Shown here: positions 31,702 to 40,389 of the stretch, one piece after another
How positions within the stretch are numbered: the stretch's first letter is position 1
How the letters are laid out: each line of letters opens with the position of its first letter
From: Bdellovibrionota bacterium
GTDB lineage: Bacteria > Bdellovibrionota_C > UBA2361 > OMII01
Assembly (NCBI GenBank): GCA_044345405.1
Contig: JBIJBE010000014.1
Location: 17,170 to 81,169 of the forward strand
DNA: 64,000 nucleotides
Reading direction: 5' to 3'
Notes under the pieces: generated by a model
Told to the model about the DNA's origin: nothing
The model's input: the letters and a program-made list of their open reading frames with translations, nothing else
The model's database searches: none
Program-made: the position numbers and the translations under genes

Positions 31702-33627
31702 ATGGCAAAGGGAAGTTACAGCGCAGCCGATATCGAGGTCCTTGAGGGGCTTGAGCCGGTCCGAAAGCGTCCGGGTATGTACATCGGAGGCACAGACGGA
31801 CATCAGGGCCTCCATCACCTCGTGAAAGAGATCCTGGATAACGCGGTGGATGAGGCGATGAACGGTCATGCCGATACCATCACCGTGACGCTTCACAAAG
31901 ATGGTGAGAGCGTGACGATCGAGGATAACGGCCGTGGCATTCCGGTTGATATCCATCCGAAGTTTAAGAAGCCAGCGTTAGAGATCATCCTTACGACCCT
32001 TCACGCGGGTGGTAAGTTCAGCGACCACAACTACGTAACCGCGGGAGGTCTTCATGGAGTGGGAGCTTCCGTTGTGAACGCGCTCTCGGAGAAGCTTGAG
32101 GCGATCGTGTGTCGCGATGGTTTTGAGTGGAAGCAGACCTTCTCGCGAGGAAAGACCGACGGGCCGATTAAGAAGCTTGGAGCTTCCCGCAAGAAGGGAA
32201 CCAAGATCTTCTTCCGTCCTGACCCGGAGATCTTCAAAACTATCGAGTTCTCCGCCTCTCGCGTTGAGAAGATTATCGAAGAGAAATCCTTCCTCTATAA
32301 GGGACTCAAGATCGTCTTCAAGAATCAAAAGGATGACACCGAGAAGACCTTCTTCTATCCAGATGGAATCAAATCGTTCCTGAAATCGACCCTTGAGAGT
32401 GAGAATCAGCCTCCGATTGGTGGTGAGTGCTTCGATCTCGATCGCGCGAACGGTATTAAGATCGAGGTGGCGTTCTGCTGGACGGAGGCCACCCAGGAGC
32501 GCATTCTTTCCTACGTCAACGGTATACACACGAAAGGCGGCGGAACTCACGAGGATGGATTCAAGAGCGGTCTGGCGAAAGCGCTCCGTAACTACATCTC
32601 GGTACACAACCTCGCGAAGGGCGTAAAGCTCACCGGTGAGGATATCCGAGAGGGGTTGGTCGCGATCTTGTCGGTCAGCGTGCCGGGAGCGGTGAGCCAA
32701 CTTCAGTTCCAAGGTCAAACGAAGGATCGATTGAATAATCCTGAGATCGAGAGCCCGGTCGACGCGCTCACGAGAACCTTTGAAAATATCCTTAACTCGA
32801 AGCCGAGTGTCGCCAACGCTCTCGTTGAGCGAATTACGCTCGCCGCGAAAGCTCGTGCCGCTGCGCGCTCCGCTTCGGCGAGTGTGAGCCGAAAGGTAGG
32901 TATAAGTCACCGCCTGAACCTTCCAGGTAAGTTGGCGGATTGCTCGTCTACGAAGCCAGATAACTCAGAGCTCTTTATTGTAGAGGGAGACTCCGCGGGT
33001 GGAAGCGCCAAGCAGGGGCGTGACAGGGCGACCCAGGCCGTGTTGCCGCTTCGAGGAAAGATCCTCAACTCGGTGGCTACGAGCAATCAGAAGATCGCTG
33101 AGAATAAAGAGCTTGTGGACCTCGTGTCGGCCCTTGGCTGTGGTCAGGGTAAAGATATCCGTCTCGATAAGCTTCGTTACTCAAAGGTCATCATCCTTAC
33201 CGATGCCGACGCCGATGGAATGCACATCTCGGCGCTCCTCATGGCCTTCTTCTTCCGATTCTTGAGGCCGCTCGTTCAGGCGGGCCACCTCTATATCGGT
33301 ATCTCACCCCTCTATCGCTTGAAGTTTGGAAGCGGCTCTAAGGAGGAAGATGTCTGGGTGTACTCAGATGAGGAGAAGGAGAGGGTACTCAAGGAGCGTG
33401 GAAACCGTTCCAAGCTGCACATCACCCGATTCAAAGGTTTGGGAGAGATGAACCCAGATACCCTCTGGGAGACCACCCTCAACCCTCGCTCTCGAAAGTT
33501 GCTCCAGATCACCATCGACGAGGTGGCCGAGGTAGAAAGCATGCTCGAAAGTTTGATGGGTAAAGATTCTTCCGATCGCTACCGGATGATCCAAGAGAAC
33601 GCCCATCGTATCGAAGTTGATGTGTAG
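31702..33627 (+). CDS. parE: Type IIA topoisomerase subunit B (topoisomerase IV ParE-like)
   Basis: LEGLEPVRKRPGMYIG, DNGRGIP, GGLHGVG, VEGDSAGG, PLRGKILN, TDADADG, RFKGLGEM; paired with the ParC-like gene. Confidence 0.85.
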   Translation: MAKGSYSAADIEVLEGLEPVRKRPGMYIGGTDGHQGLHHLVKEILDNAVDEAMNGHADTITVTLHKDGESVTIEDNGRGIPVDIHPKFKKPALEIILTTLHAGGKFSDHNYVTAGGLHGVGASVVNALSEKLEAIVCRDGFEWKQTFSRGKTDGPIKKLGASRKKGTKIFFRPDPEIFKTIEFSASRVEKIIEEKSFLYKGLKIVFKNQKDDTEKTFFYPDGIKSFLKSTLESENQPPIGGECFDLDRANGIKIEVAFCWTEATQERILSYVNGIHTKGGGTHEDGFKSGLAKALRNYISVHNLAKGVKLTGEDIREGLVAILSVSVPGAVSQLQFQGQTKDRLNNPEIESPVDALTRTFENILNSKPSVANALVERITLAAKARAAARSASASVSRKVGISHRLNLPGKLADCSSTKPDNSELFIVEGDSAGGSAKQGRDRATQAVLPLRGKILNSVATSNQKIAENKELVDLVSALGCGQGKDIRLDKLRYSKVIILTDADADGMHISALLMAFFFRFLRPLVQAGHLYIGISPLYRLKFGSGSKEEDVWVYSDEEKERVLKERGNRSKLHITRFKGLGEMNPDTLWETTLNPRSRKLLQITIDEVAEVESMLESLMGKDSSDRYRMIQENAHRIEVDV

Positions 33628-33920
33628 GGGATTTTAATGTTAGTAAATTCAGTGTGTTGCAAGTTTCTAGAGGGGTTTTTCCTTCAATGAGATCGGAGAA
33701 CTTCTGAGGGGAGGCCTCGAGAACGACGTTCCGTTCATAAGGTCCTAACTTCTCTCCGTATTTACACGGTCCCTCTCTCTATACTATGAATCATGTGGTT
33801 TTAACGGATACTATGAAAGAAGAGCTGTACGCTAACGTTGCCTGCGCGTGTGATGTCTACAGTTCATCCGAGAAAGCTAAAGTTGTGTCAGGATGTGTGT
33901 TCTCGGTTAGTTAGGCCCAG

Positions 33921-34766
33921 ATGGCTAAAGGCATTTTCAAGTTCATTAAAGACTCCCTCCCTAAGCTCGGCAGCTCAGAGCCCTTGTGGGTCACAAACGA
34001 GCAGGAGCCCACGTTTAAGACCGTTGAGCTAGGCGATAAGGGCCCAGACCTCGTTCTGCTGCACGGATTATTCGGAGCCCTTTCAAATTGGGATACCGTT
34101 CAGCCCCTTATGGCTGAGTACTCTAAAACTATCGCGTTGAGCCTTCCGCTTCTTACCGCGCATCGCTCGGAAGTTAAGGTTAAAGCGCTCGCCATGTACG
34201 CCGAGTACTTCGTGCGCAGTAGAGGATTCGCTCCCGTGAGCCTATGCGGAAACTCGCTCGGTGGTCATGTTGCTCTTCGAACGTATTTCGCCGCGCCAGA
34301 GCTCGTAGATTGCCTTATTCTTACAGCTACCAGTGGACTCTACGAGCACTCAGTTGACGCGCTCCCTGTTCGCCCCGGACGCGAGTTCGTTGAGGAGCAC
34401 ATGCGAAAGGTGTTCGTGAACCATGAGTTCGTGACCGAAGAAGCTGTAATGGAGATCGTAAGAATCCTTGAGGACAGGGGGCGAGTGCTCAACCTGATCC
34501 ATGCCGCTCGAAGCGCGAAGAAGGATAATCTCAAAGATCTTTTAGGTGAAATTAAGGTTCCGACCCTCCTCCTCTGGGGAGAGGACGATCAGGTTACCAC
34601 GATGGAGGTCGCTGAGATGTTCCATCAGCTCATACCGAACTCGCAACTGGTTACGATCAAGAAGTGCGGACACGCTCCGATGATCGAGCATCCAGAGTGG
34701 TTCTCTGAGCAGGTTAAGACGTTCCTCAAGAAGCACTCGCGTCACGCCGCGTCGATGCCGGCGTAA
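33921..34766 (+). CDS. Alpha/beta fold hydrolase
   Basis: LLHGLFG, nucleophile elbow GNSLGG, WGEDD, CGHAPMIEHP. Confidence 0.92.
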   Translation: MAKGIFKFIKDSLPKLGSSEPLWVTNEQEPTFKTVELGDKGPDLVLLHGLFGALSNWDTVQPLMAEYSKTIALSLPLLTAHRSEVKVKALAMYAEYFVRSRGFAPVSLCGNSLGGHVALRTYFAAPELVDCLILTATSGLYEHSVDALPVRPGREFVEEHMRKVFVNHEFVTEEAVMEIVRILEDRGRVLNLIHAARSAKKDNLKDLLGEIKVPTLLLWGEDDQVTTMEVAEMFHQLIPNSQLVTIKKCGHAPMIEHPEWFSEQVKTFLKKHSRHAASMPA

Positions 34767-34837
34767 ACTACAGCACTGCTCCTGAGACATGTTGTTTCGT
34801 TGAATCACCACCACCATTTCTACAGGGAGGTAGATGT

Positions 34838-35389
34838 ATGGAGAGAGAGACAATCAGTACCGCTTTTCCCCTCGGCTCACGGTTGCCGTCGTTCGAACTT
34901 CTCAATGTCGATGGAAAGCGCATTGGCTCTGAGTATCTTTCGGGATGCAAAGCTGGCCTAGTGGCGTTCCTCTGTAACCACTGCCCATACGTGAAGGGGA
35001 GCGAGGACATGCTCATCTCCATCGTGCAGAGATTTGAGGCGGATGGTCTTAAGACACTCGTCATTAACAGTAATGACGCAGTGAAGTATCCAGACGACAG
35101 CTATGAAAAGATGAAGGAGAAGGCGGTGGCCCACTCATTGCCGTATCCATACCTTCATGATGAGTCGCAGGAGGTCGCTCGCTTGTTCGATGCCGCCTGT
35201 ACACCGGAGTTCTATCTCTTCGACCGTGAGGGCAAGCTCGCGTATCACGGCACTATTAATGATAGCCCACGCGATCCGTCTCGTGTCACAAAAGATTTTC
35301 TCTCGAAGGCTATTGAGGCGGTGCTTGAGGGACGAACACCTGAGCCCCAATTCGTGCATCCCCTAGGATGCTCGATAAAGTGGAAGTAG
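34838..35389 (+). CDS. Thioredoxin-family (peroxiredoxin-like) protein
   Basis: FLCNHCPYV, INSND, ACTPEF, C-terminal GCSIKWK. Confidence 0.92.
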   Translation: MERETISTAFPLGSRLPSFELLNVDGKRIGSEYLSGCKAGLVAFLCNHCPYVKGSEDMLISIVQRFEADGLKTLVINSNDAVKYPDDSYEKMKEKAVAHSLPYPYLHDESQEVARLFDAACTPEFYLFDREGKLAYHGTINDSPRDPSRVTKDFLSKAIEAVLEGRTPEPQFVHPLGCSIKWK

Positions 35390-35428
35390 TGGAGCGCGTT
35401 CGCGCATACAAAGATTTTAGAAAGGAGA

Positions 35429-37429
35429 ATGTTAGTAATGTCACTTGATCTCGCAAACCTTCAAAAGCTCGCGAATACCGTCCGGACGCTCTCGATCGAC
35501 GCGATCCAAAAAGCGAATAGCGGACATCCAGGACTCCCGCTCGGGGCCGCTGATTTCACCTCAGTACTGTGGGCGAACTATCTTCGTTTTAATCCGAAGG
35601 ATCCAACATGGATCAATCGCGATCGTTTCGTACTCTCAGCGGGTCACGGGTGCATGGTGCTTTACTCGATGTTGCACCTCTTCGGGTACGACCTTCCGAT
35701 GAGTCAGCTTCAGAGCTTCCGTCAGTGGGAGAGTATTACTCCGGGGCATCCTGAATTCGGTATAACCCCTGGCGTTGAGTGCACTACAGGGCCGCTTGGT
35801 CAGGGCGCCGCGAACAGCGTCGGACTCGCGCTCTCGGGCAAGATGCTCGCGGCTCGGTATGGACAGGACGTCTTCAATTACCGCGTATTCTCGTTGGTGA
35901 GCGATGGCGACCTCATGGAGGGCGTTGCCGCTGAGGCCGCTTCGATGGCGGGCCACCTTCAACTTGATAACCTCGTCTACCTCTGGGATGACAACAAGAT
36001 CTCCCTCGCGGGTGAAACTGAGGTGTGCTTCACCGAGGATGTGGCGAAGCGATTCGAGTCATACGGCTGGTTCGTTCAGACGATCGATGGTCACGATATG
36101 AAGGCTGTCGCCGCGGCGCTCGATAAAGCTACTTCGCAGAAGGGTAAGCCGAGCCTTATCTGCTGCAGAACAGTTCTCGGATTCGGAAGCCCGAACAAGA
36201 AGAATACGCACGATGTTCACGGCGCGCCTCTTGGCGCTGACGAGGTCAAGGCAACCAAGCGTGAGCTTGGATGGCCAGAGGACGCACAGTTCCTTGTACC
36301 TGACGATGTGAAGGCGTTCTGCGCCGCGAGCATCGAGAAGAAGGTTCAAGGCCAAGCGGCGTGGAATACGACTTACTCGGCATGGCGCTCAGCGAACGGA
36401 GAGCTCGCGAAGAAGTTGGACGCGCAGCTTACCCGAGCGATCGATCCGAAGCTTAAGGATGAGCTTCTCGCCGCGTTCAAGGAGCCGAAGAAGGACGCCA
36501 CCCGTAACCTTTCGGGTAAAGCTATTCAGCTCATCTCGAAGTACGTACCTTCCTTCATCGGAGGTTCCGCTGACCTCGACCCATCAACGAAGACCGCGGT
36601 CTCTGGTGGTGGAGATGTCGAGCACAGAAATTACGGTGGCTTGAATATCCGATGGGGTGTTCGAGAGGCCGCGATGGGTTCCGCCTCAAACGGATTGGCG
36701 TATACCCAGTCGTGGATTCCATATACCGCGACCTTCCTCGTGTTCTCGGATTATATGCGTCCGGCGATGCGTGTTGGCGCGATCTCTCACCTGCAAGCGC
36801 TCTACATCTTCACCCACGATAGCTTCTGGGTAGGAGAGGATGGGCCAACGCACGAGCCGATCGAGCACACGATGAGCCTTCGTATTATCCCGAATATGCA
36901 CGTGTTCCGACCCGCTGATGGTGTTGAGGTGGCGATGAGCTACTACGCCGCCCTTACTCGTAAGAACGGACCAGCTTCGCTTCTCTTTAGCCGGCAGAAC
37001 TTGGTGCCGCTGACTCGACCATCGTCGTTCAGTCCGGATGATGTGTTGAAGGGAGCGTACGCTCTCAACGAGGTAGCACAACCAAAGCTTCTCATCGTGG
37101 CCACAGGTTCTGAGGTTGGCGCCGCGGTTGAGGCAGCTCAAGCGCTTGAGGCCGAGGGCACACCTACCCGTGTGATTTCTATGCCGTGCGTTGAGCTGTT
37201 CAAGGCGCAATCCGATGCGTTCAAGTCGGCGCTTCTTCCGAAGGGTGTTCCTACCGTTGTTGTCGAGGCGGGGACGACGATCGGGTGGAGTAACCTTCTT
37301 GGACGAGACCTGCTCGCGATCGGAATCGATCACTATGGAGCATCAGCGCCAGGTGAAGTTCTCTGCGAGAAGTTCGGCTTCACGGGTAAGGCTGTGAAGG
37401 AGAAGATCTCGGCGTGGATTAAGAAGTAA
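35429..37429 (+). CDS. tkt: Transketolase
   Basis: SGHPG, RDRFVLSAGHG, TTGPLGQG, DGDLMEG, THDS..GEDGPTH. Confidence 0.98.
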   Translation: MLVMSLDLANLQKLANTVRTLSIDAIQKANSGHPGLPLGAADFTSVLWANYLRFNPKDPTWINRDRFVLSAGHGCMVLYSMLHLFGYDLPMSQLQSFRQWESITPGHPEFGITPGVECTTGPLGQGAANSVGLALSGKMLAARYGQDVFNYRVFSLVSDGDLMEGVAAEAASMAGHLQLDNLVYLWDDNKISLAGETEVCFTEDVAKRFESYGWFVQTIDGHDMKAVAAALDKATSQKGKPSLICCRTVLGFGSPNKKNTHDVHGAPLGADEVKATKRELGWPEDAQFLVPDDVKAFCAASIEKKVQGQAAWNTTYSAWRSANGELAKKLDAQLTRAIDPKLKDELLAAFKEPKKDATRNLSGKAIQLISKYVPSFIGGSADLDPSTKTAVSGGGDVEHRNYGGLNIRWGVREAAMGSASNGLAYTQSWIPYTATFLVFSDYMRPAMRVGAISHLQALYIFTHDSFWVGEDGPTHEPIEHTMSLRIIPNMHVFRPADGVEVAMSYYAALTRKNGPASLLFSRQNLVPLTRPSSFSPDDVLKGAYALNEVAQPKLLIVATGSEVGAAVEAAQALEAEGTPTRVISMPCVELFKAQSDAFKSALLPKGVPTVVVEAGTTIGWSNLLGRDLLAIGIDHYGASAPGEVLCEKFGFTGKAVKEKISAWIKK

Positions 37430-37449
37430 TTCGACACCGCGAAATGATC

Positions 37450-37485
37450 AAAAGCCTCAAGGAGCGTGAGCTCCCTGAGGCTTTT
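37450..37485. terminator. Likely bidirectional intrinsic terminator between tkt and the GDPD gene
   Basis: AAAAGCCTCA.GGAGC...GCTCC.TGAGGCTTTT hairpin. Confidence 0.8.
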
Positions 37486-37520
37486 CTATTTCTTACATTC
37501 GTTCGTACACCGGCGGTGCT

Positions 37521-38432
37521 CTACGCGGCCGAGCGTGTTGGTGATTGAGCGTCTGAGCTATGCACCAGATGGTCGGGATGATCGATCGTAGTGCCATCGC
37601 ATCCGCTTCGAACGACCTGCTCGACTCTCCAGCGATATTGGTTGATATCCTTAGTAAGCCACGCGACACCCCACGCCCGCACGATTGGAGCGACCTCCTT
37701 CCACTTTGAGACGAGCTCTGGTGTCACAAGGTCAGCGCGAGGACACAACTGCTCAACCTCAAGGCGAGCGGCGATGCGGAGCACCCGCTCGTCCGCGTAT
37801 CGGACGAGGTAGGCCCGTGGGATTTCAGGGGCTAATTCTTTCACCGCTTGAAGCATGGTTGGGCGCCCGGAGGTGAACACTACATTATCCTCCATGTTGT
37901 GCTCTTTGATCGCTTTCACAAGCGCCGCGGGCAGTTCGGCTTGACCGGATTTCAGCTCGACGTGGTATCGGAACGTCCTACCGTATTCTCGAAAGAGGTC
38001 CCCGAGGGTCATCATGCGGGCATCTGAGAATTTTGGATCCTTATGACTTCCCATATCGAGGTGTTCAAGACATCCATGATAGGGGAGGTCGCGAATTCGG
38101 CCGGGATGGCCGTATGCCTTTAACGTCTCGTCATGGCACAGAACGATCTCGCCATCTTTAGAGAGTTGCGTATCGATCTCTACGTGGCGGGCGCCGAGGT
38201 TCTTCGCGAGGTCGAATGCTAAACGTGAGTGGTCAGGCGCGTATCCCGAGGCGCCTCGGTGAGCGATGATAAGAAAGTTATCTGGCACCGCAACTGGAAA
38301 GGGAGTCAGTAACGACGAGCGAAGGCTGGTTTGCTCAAGCCTTCTAAATTCGGGAGTTGTTGGTATGTGGAGCTCCTTGACGCGGTTGTCAGAGGAAGGG
38401 CTTGGGGTCAGGTGCGGGGGGAGCGACAACAT
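37521..38432 (-). CDS. Glycerophosphodiester phosphodiesterase family protein
   Basis: IIAHRGASGYAP, VEIDTQLSKDG..VLCHD, ELK, DG...DHPD. Confidence 0.9.
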   Translation of the reverse strand: MLSLPPHLTPSPSSDNRVKELHIPTTPEFRRLEQTSLRSSLLTPFPVAVPDNFLIIAHRGASGYAPDHSRLAFDLAKNLGARHVEIDTQLSKDGEIVLCHDETLKAYGHPGRIRDLPYHGCLEHLDMGSHKDPKFSDARMMTLGDLFREYGRTFRYHVELKSGQAELPAALVKAIKEHNMEDNVVFTSGRPTMLQAVKELAPEIPRAYLVRYADERVLRIAARLEVEQLCPRADLVTPELVSKWKEVAPIVRAWGVAWLTKDINQYRWRVEQVVRSGCDGTTIDHPDHLVHSSDAQSPTRSAA

Positions 38433-38636
38433 GACTGGTCCTATAAATATGTACTATCGAAGGGTTATGCACCCTCTCGAACGGTAGGTTTCCTAGCGGT
38501 GTAAGCTATCAAATCGCATGGGTTTATTGGCCTTTCACGAGATGCTCGGAGGCGTTGGTATGGGGCAAATATCACCTTGCAAAGAGACGCTCCCGAGCTA
38601 GATACTACGAGGGTTACCTTTTGCTTCGGGGGCTCC

Positions 38637-40229
38637 ATGAAAAAGATAGTCTTAGGAACGGTCGTTTCTCTTCTCGCTACATCGTCCGTCTACGCCGCGG
38701 AGAAGCCCATCAAGGGAACCTTGGGATCCATTCCATCCACCGGCACCAAGTTGCTCGCGATAGCGGACGATGGAAGGTCCTCCTCTGTGGTCATCTCAAA
38801 AAAGGCTTTCTCGATCGTTCCACCGGGCAAGACCGCTCGATTGTATCTCCTCAAAGATGGAAAGATTACGGGACAGCTCGTTGTCTCGAAATGTAGAGGC
38901 TCCGCTAAGAAGCCAACGGCGTGTTCCAAGACGCAGGTGTATACCGCTATTAAAGCGGGTAAGGATTTAGGAGCGCTCTCAAGAGCTGGTCTCGTGTACG
39001 TAAGCAAAGCGGTCTCACTCGGATCCGTCAATTCCAGTGATAAGGTTACCGCGAAGAATTTTGTACCGATCGGTTTGGGTACGACCGGACTTCCGGTCGT
39101 AGGAAGCTCGCGAGCCGCCTCCGCGATGTTCTCGCTTGCCGCGACCTCTGTCGATATCGACAGGGACGGTTTAGTTGAGGCGCTCGACGCTGACGATAAC
39201 AACAACGGCGTGATAGATAACTACGATTCCTCTAAGGTCGCGCAGCCCGCTAACTCGTTTCGGGTGTTTTCCAATCTGAAGCTCGACATGGATGAGAGCA
39301 TTAACCTTCACGCGACCGGCCTCTCTACATCGGTTGTCGATCTGGCGCTCAGGTACGCTCAAACCCTTGCGATAGAGGTCGCTGGAGGTGTCGGAGAAAC
39401 AACGGAACTCGATTGCGGAGGTCTTACCTATTGCTCTACTGGAGGAACCGGATCTTCGCCACCACCGATTGGGACACCATTTCCTTATATTCCTGGTGGT
39501 GTCTTCGATTCTGACGGGGATGGTTTCGGATCGATTGAAAAGGGACCTACAGGGGACTTTCAATTAAAGACTGGGGCGACTTCGTCATCTATCGCTGGTG
39601 GGGATACGCTCATCGAGCGAGTGACCTCCGCACGTGGCGCCGAGCGTCAGATCCCGGGAGTTCTCAATTTCGTGTTCACGAGTACTCCCGCGTTGAAGAC
39701 GATAGGAGGGAATTCGATTCCTACGCAGACTATCGATTACGCGCTCACAAGCAACCGAATCGGAAGCTTCAACAACTGTGTCACGGTTCCCGCGACTGGT
39801 CCCGTGGTTGTTACGCTGTCAGGATGGCGGCCGCAGCGGCCCGGGGTCGCAGCGGCGGGTGAGGGGGCGTATGTTGATATCGGAAACTCCCTTATCACGA
39901 TCGATATTCCGAACGCTCCCAGCGCTCTTGGAACGGGTAGCCCGAGTCGTGGACCTGGCAATTGCGTCGCGAGCGCGTATCAAGAGAGTGACCCGAATTT
40001 GAGCATCGGCAGCGAAGGTCTTCAGGACAACAAGGGGGACGTTGACGCGAGCGCTTCGAATACCTTCGAGTTCGCTATCAACGTGACCGACTGCTTAGCG
40101 GCCGCTCAGGGTGGGGCGATCTCGTGGGCGCCAGGGGAACAGCTGCAACTTGATCTGCAATTTCGCAGCCGGGATGGTGATAACGCCGCCCAGAAGTTTT
40201 GTCTGAAACGGGCCGTTCCTGAAGGATAG
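38637..40229 (+). CDS. Secreted hypothetical protein with Asp-rich Ca-binding-like motifs
   Basis: Signal MKKIVLGTVVSLLATSSVYA; DIDRDG..DADDNNNGVIDNYD and DSDGDG; paired Cys. The ORF track start is 38577. Confidence 0.75.
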   Translation: MKKIVLGTVVSLLATSSVYAAEKPIKGTLGSIPSTGTKLLAIADDGRSSSVVISKKAFSIVPPGKTARLYLLKDGKITGQLVVSKCRGSAKKPTACSKTQVYTAIKAGKDLGALSRAGLVYVSKAVSLGSVNSSDKVTAKNFVPIGLGTTGLPVVGSSRAASAMFSLAATSVDIDRDGLVEALDADDNNNGVIDNYDSSKVAQPANSFRVFSNLKLDMDESINLHATGLSTSVVDLALRYAQTLAIEVAGGVGETTELDCGGLTYCSTGGTGSSPPPIGTPFPYIPGGVFDSDGDGFGSIEKGPTGDFQLKTGATSSSIAGGDTLIERVTSARGAERQIPGVLNFVFTSTPALKTIGGNSIPTQTIDYALTSNRIGSFNNCVTVPATGPVVVTLSGWRPQRPGVAAAGEGAYVDIGNSLITIDIPNAPSALGTGSPSRGPGNCVASAYQESDPNLSIGSEGLQDNKGDVDASASNTFEFAINVTDCLAAAQGGAISWAPGEQLQLDLQFRSRDGDNAAQKFCLKRAVPEG

Positions 40230-40389
40230 TCTCGTAGGGGGACTGAGCTCCTAGCGCCATAACAGCGGTTCGAACGGGCGTCTCTCACGTGCCGCGGGGG
40301 AAATCCTGTCCTGTTCCCCGGGCCTAACGCCATGAAAACACGATTCTTTTTGCTCGCTATCACCTGGGCTGCCTGATGGTCGGTCCTTT

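Noticed and set aside
31978-32910. 310 aa minus-strand ORF
   Set aside because: Antisense shadow of the parE-like gene, explained by codon bias.
29346-33627. DNA gyrase (gyrA/gyrB) call
   Set aside because: The A subunit lacks the GyrA-box, so topoisomerase IV-like is preferred.
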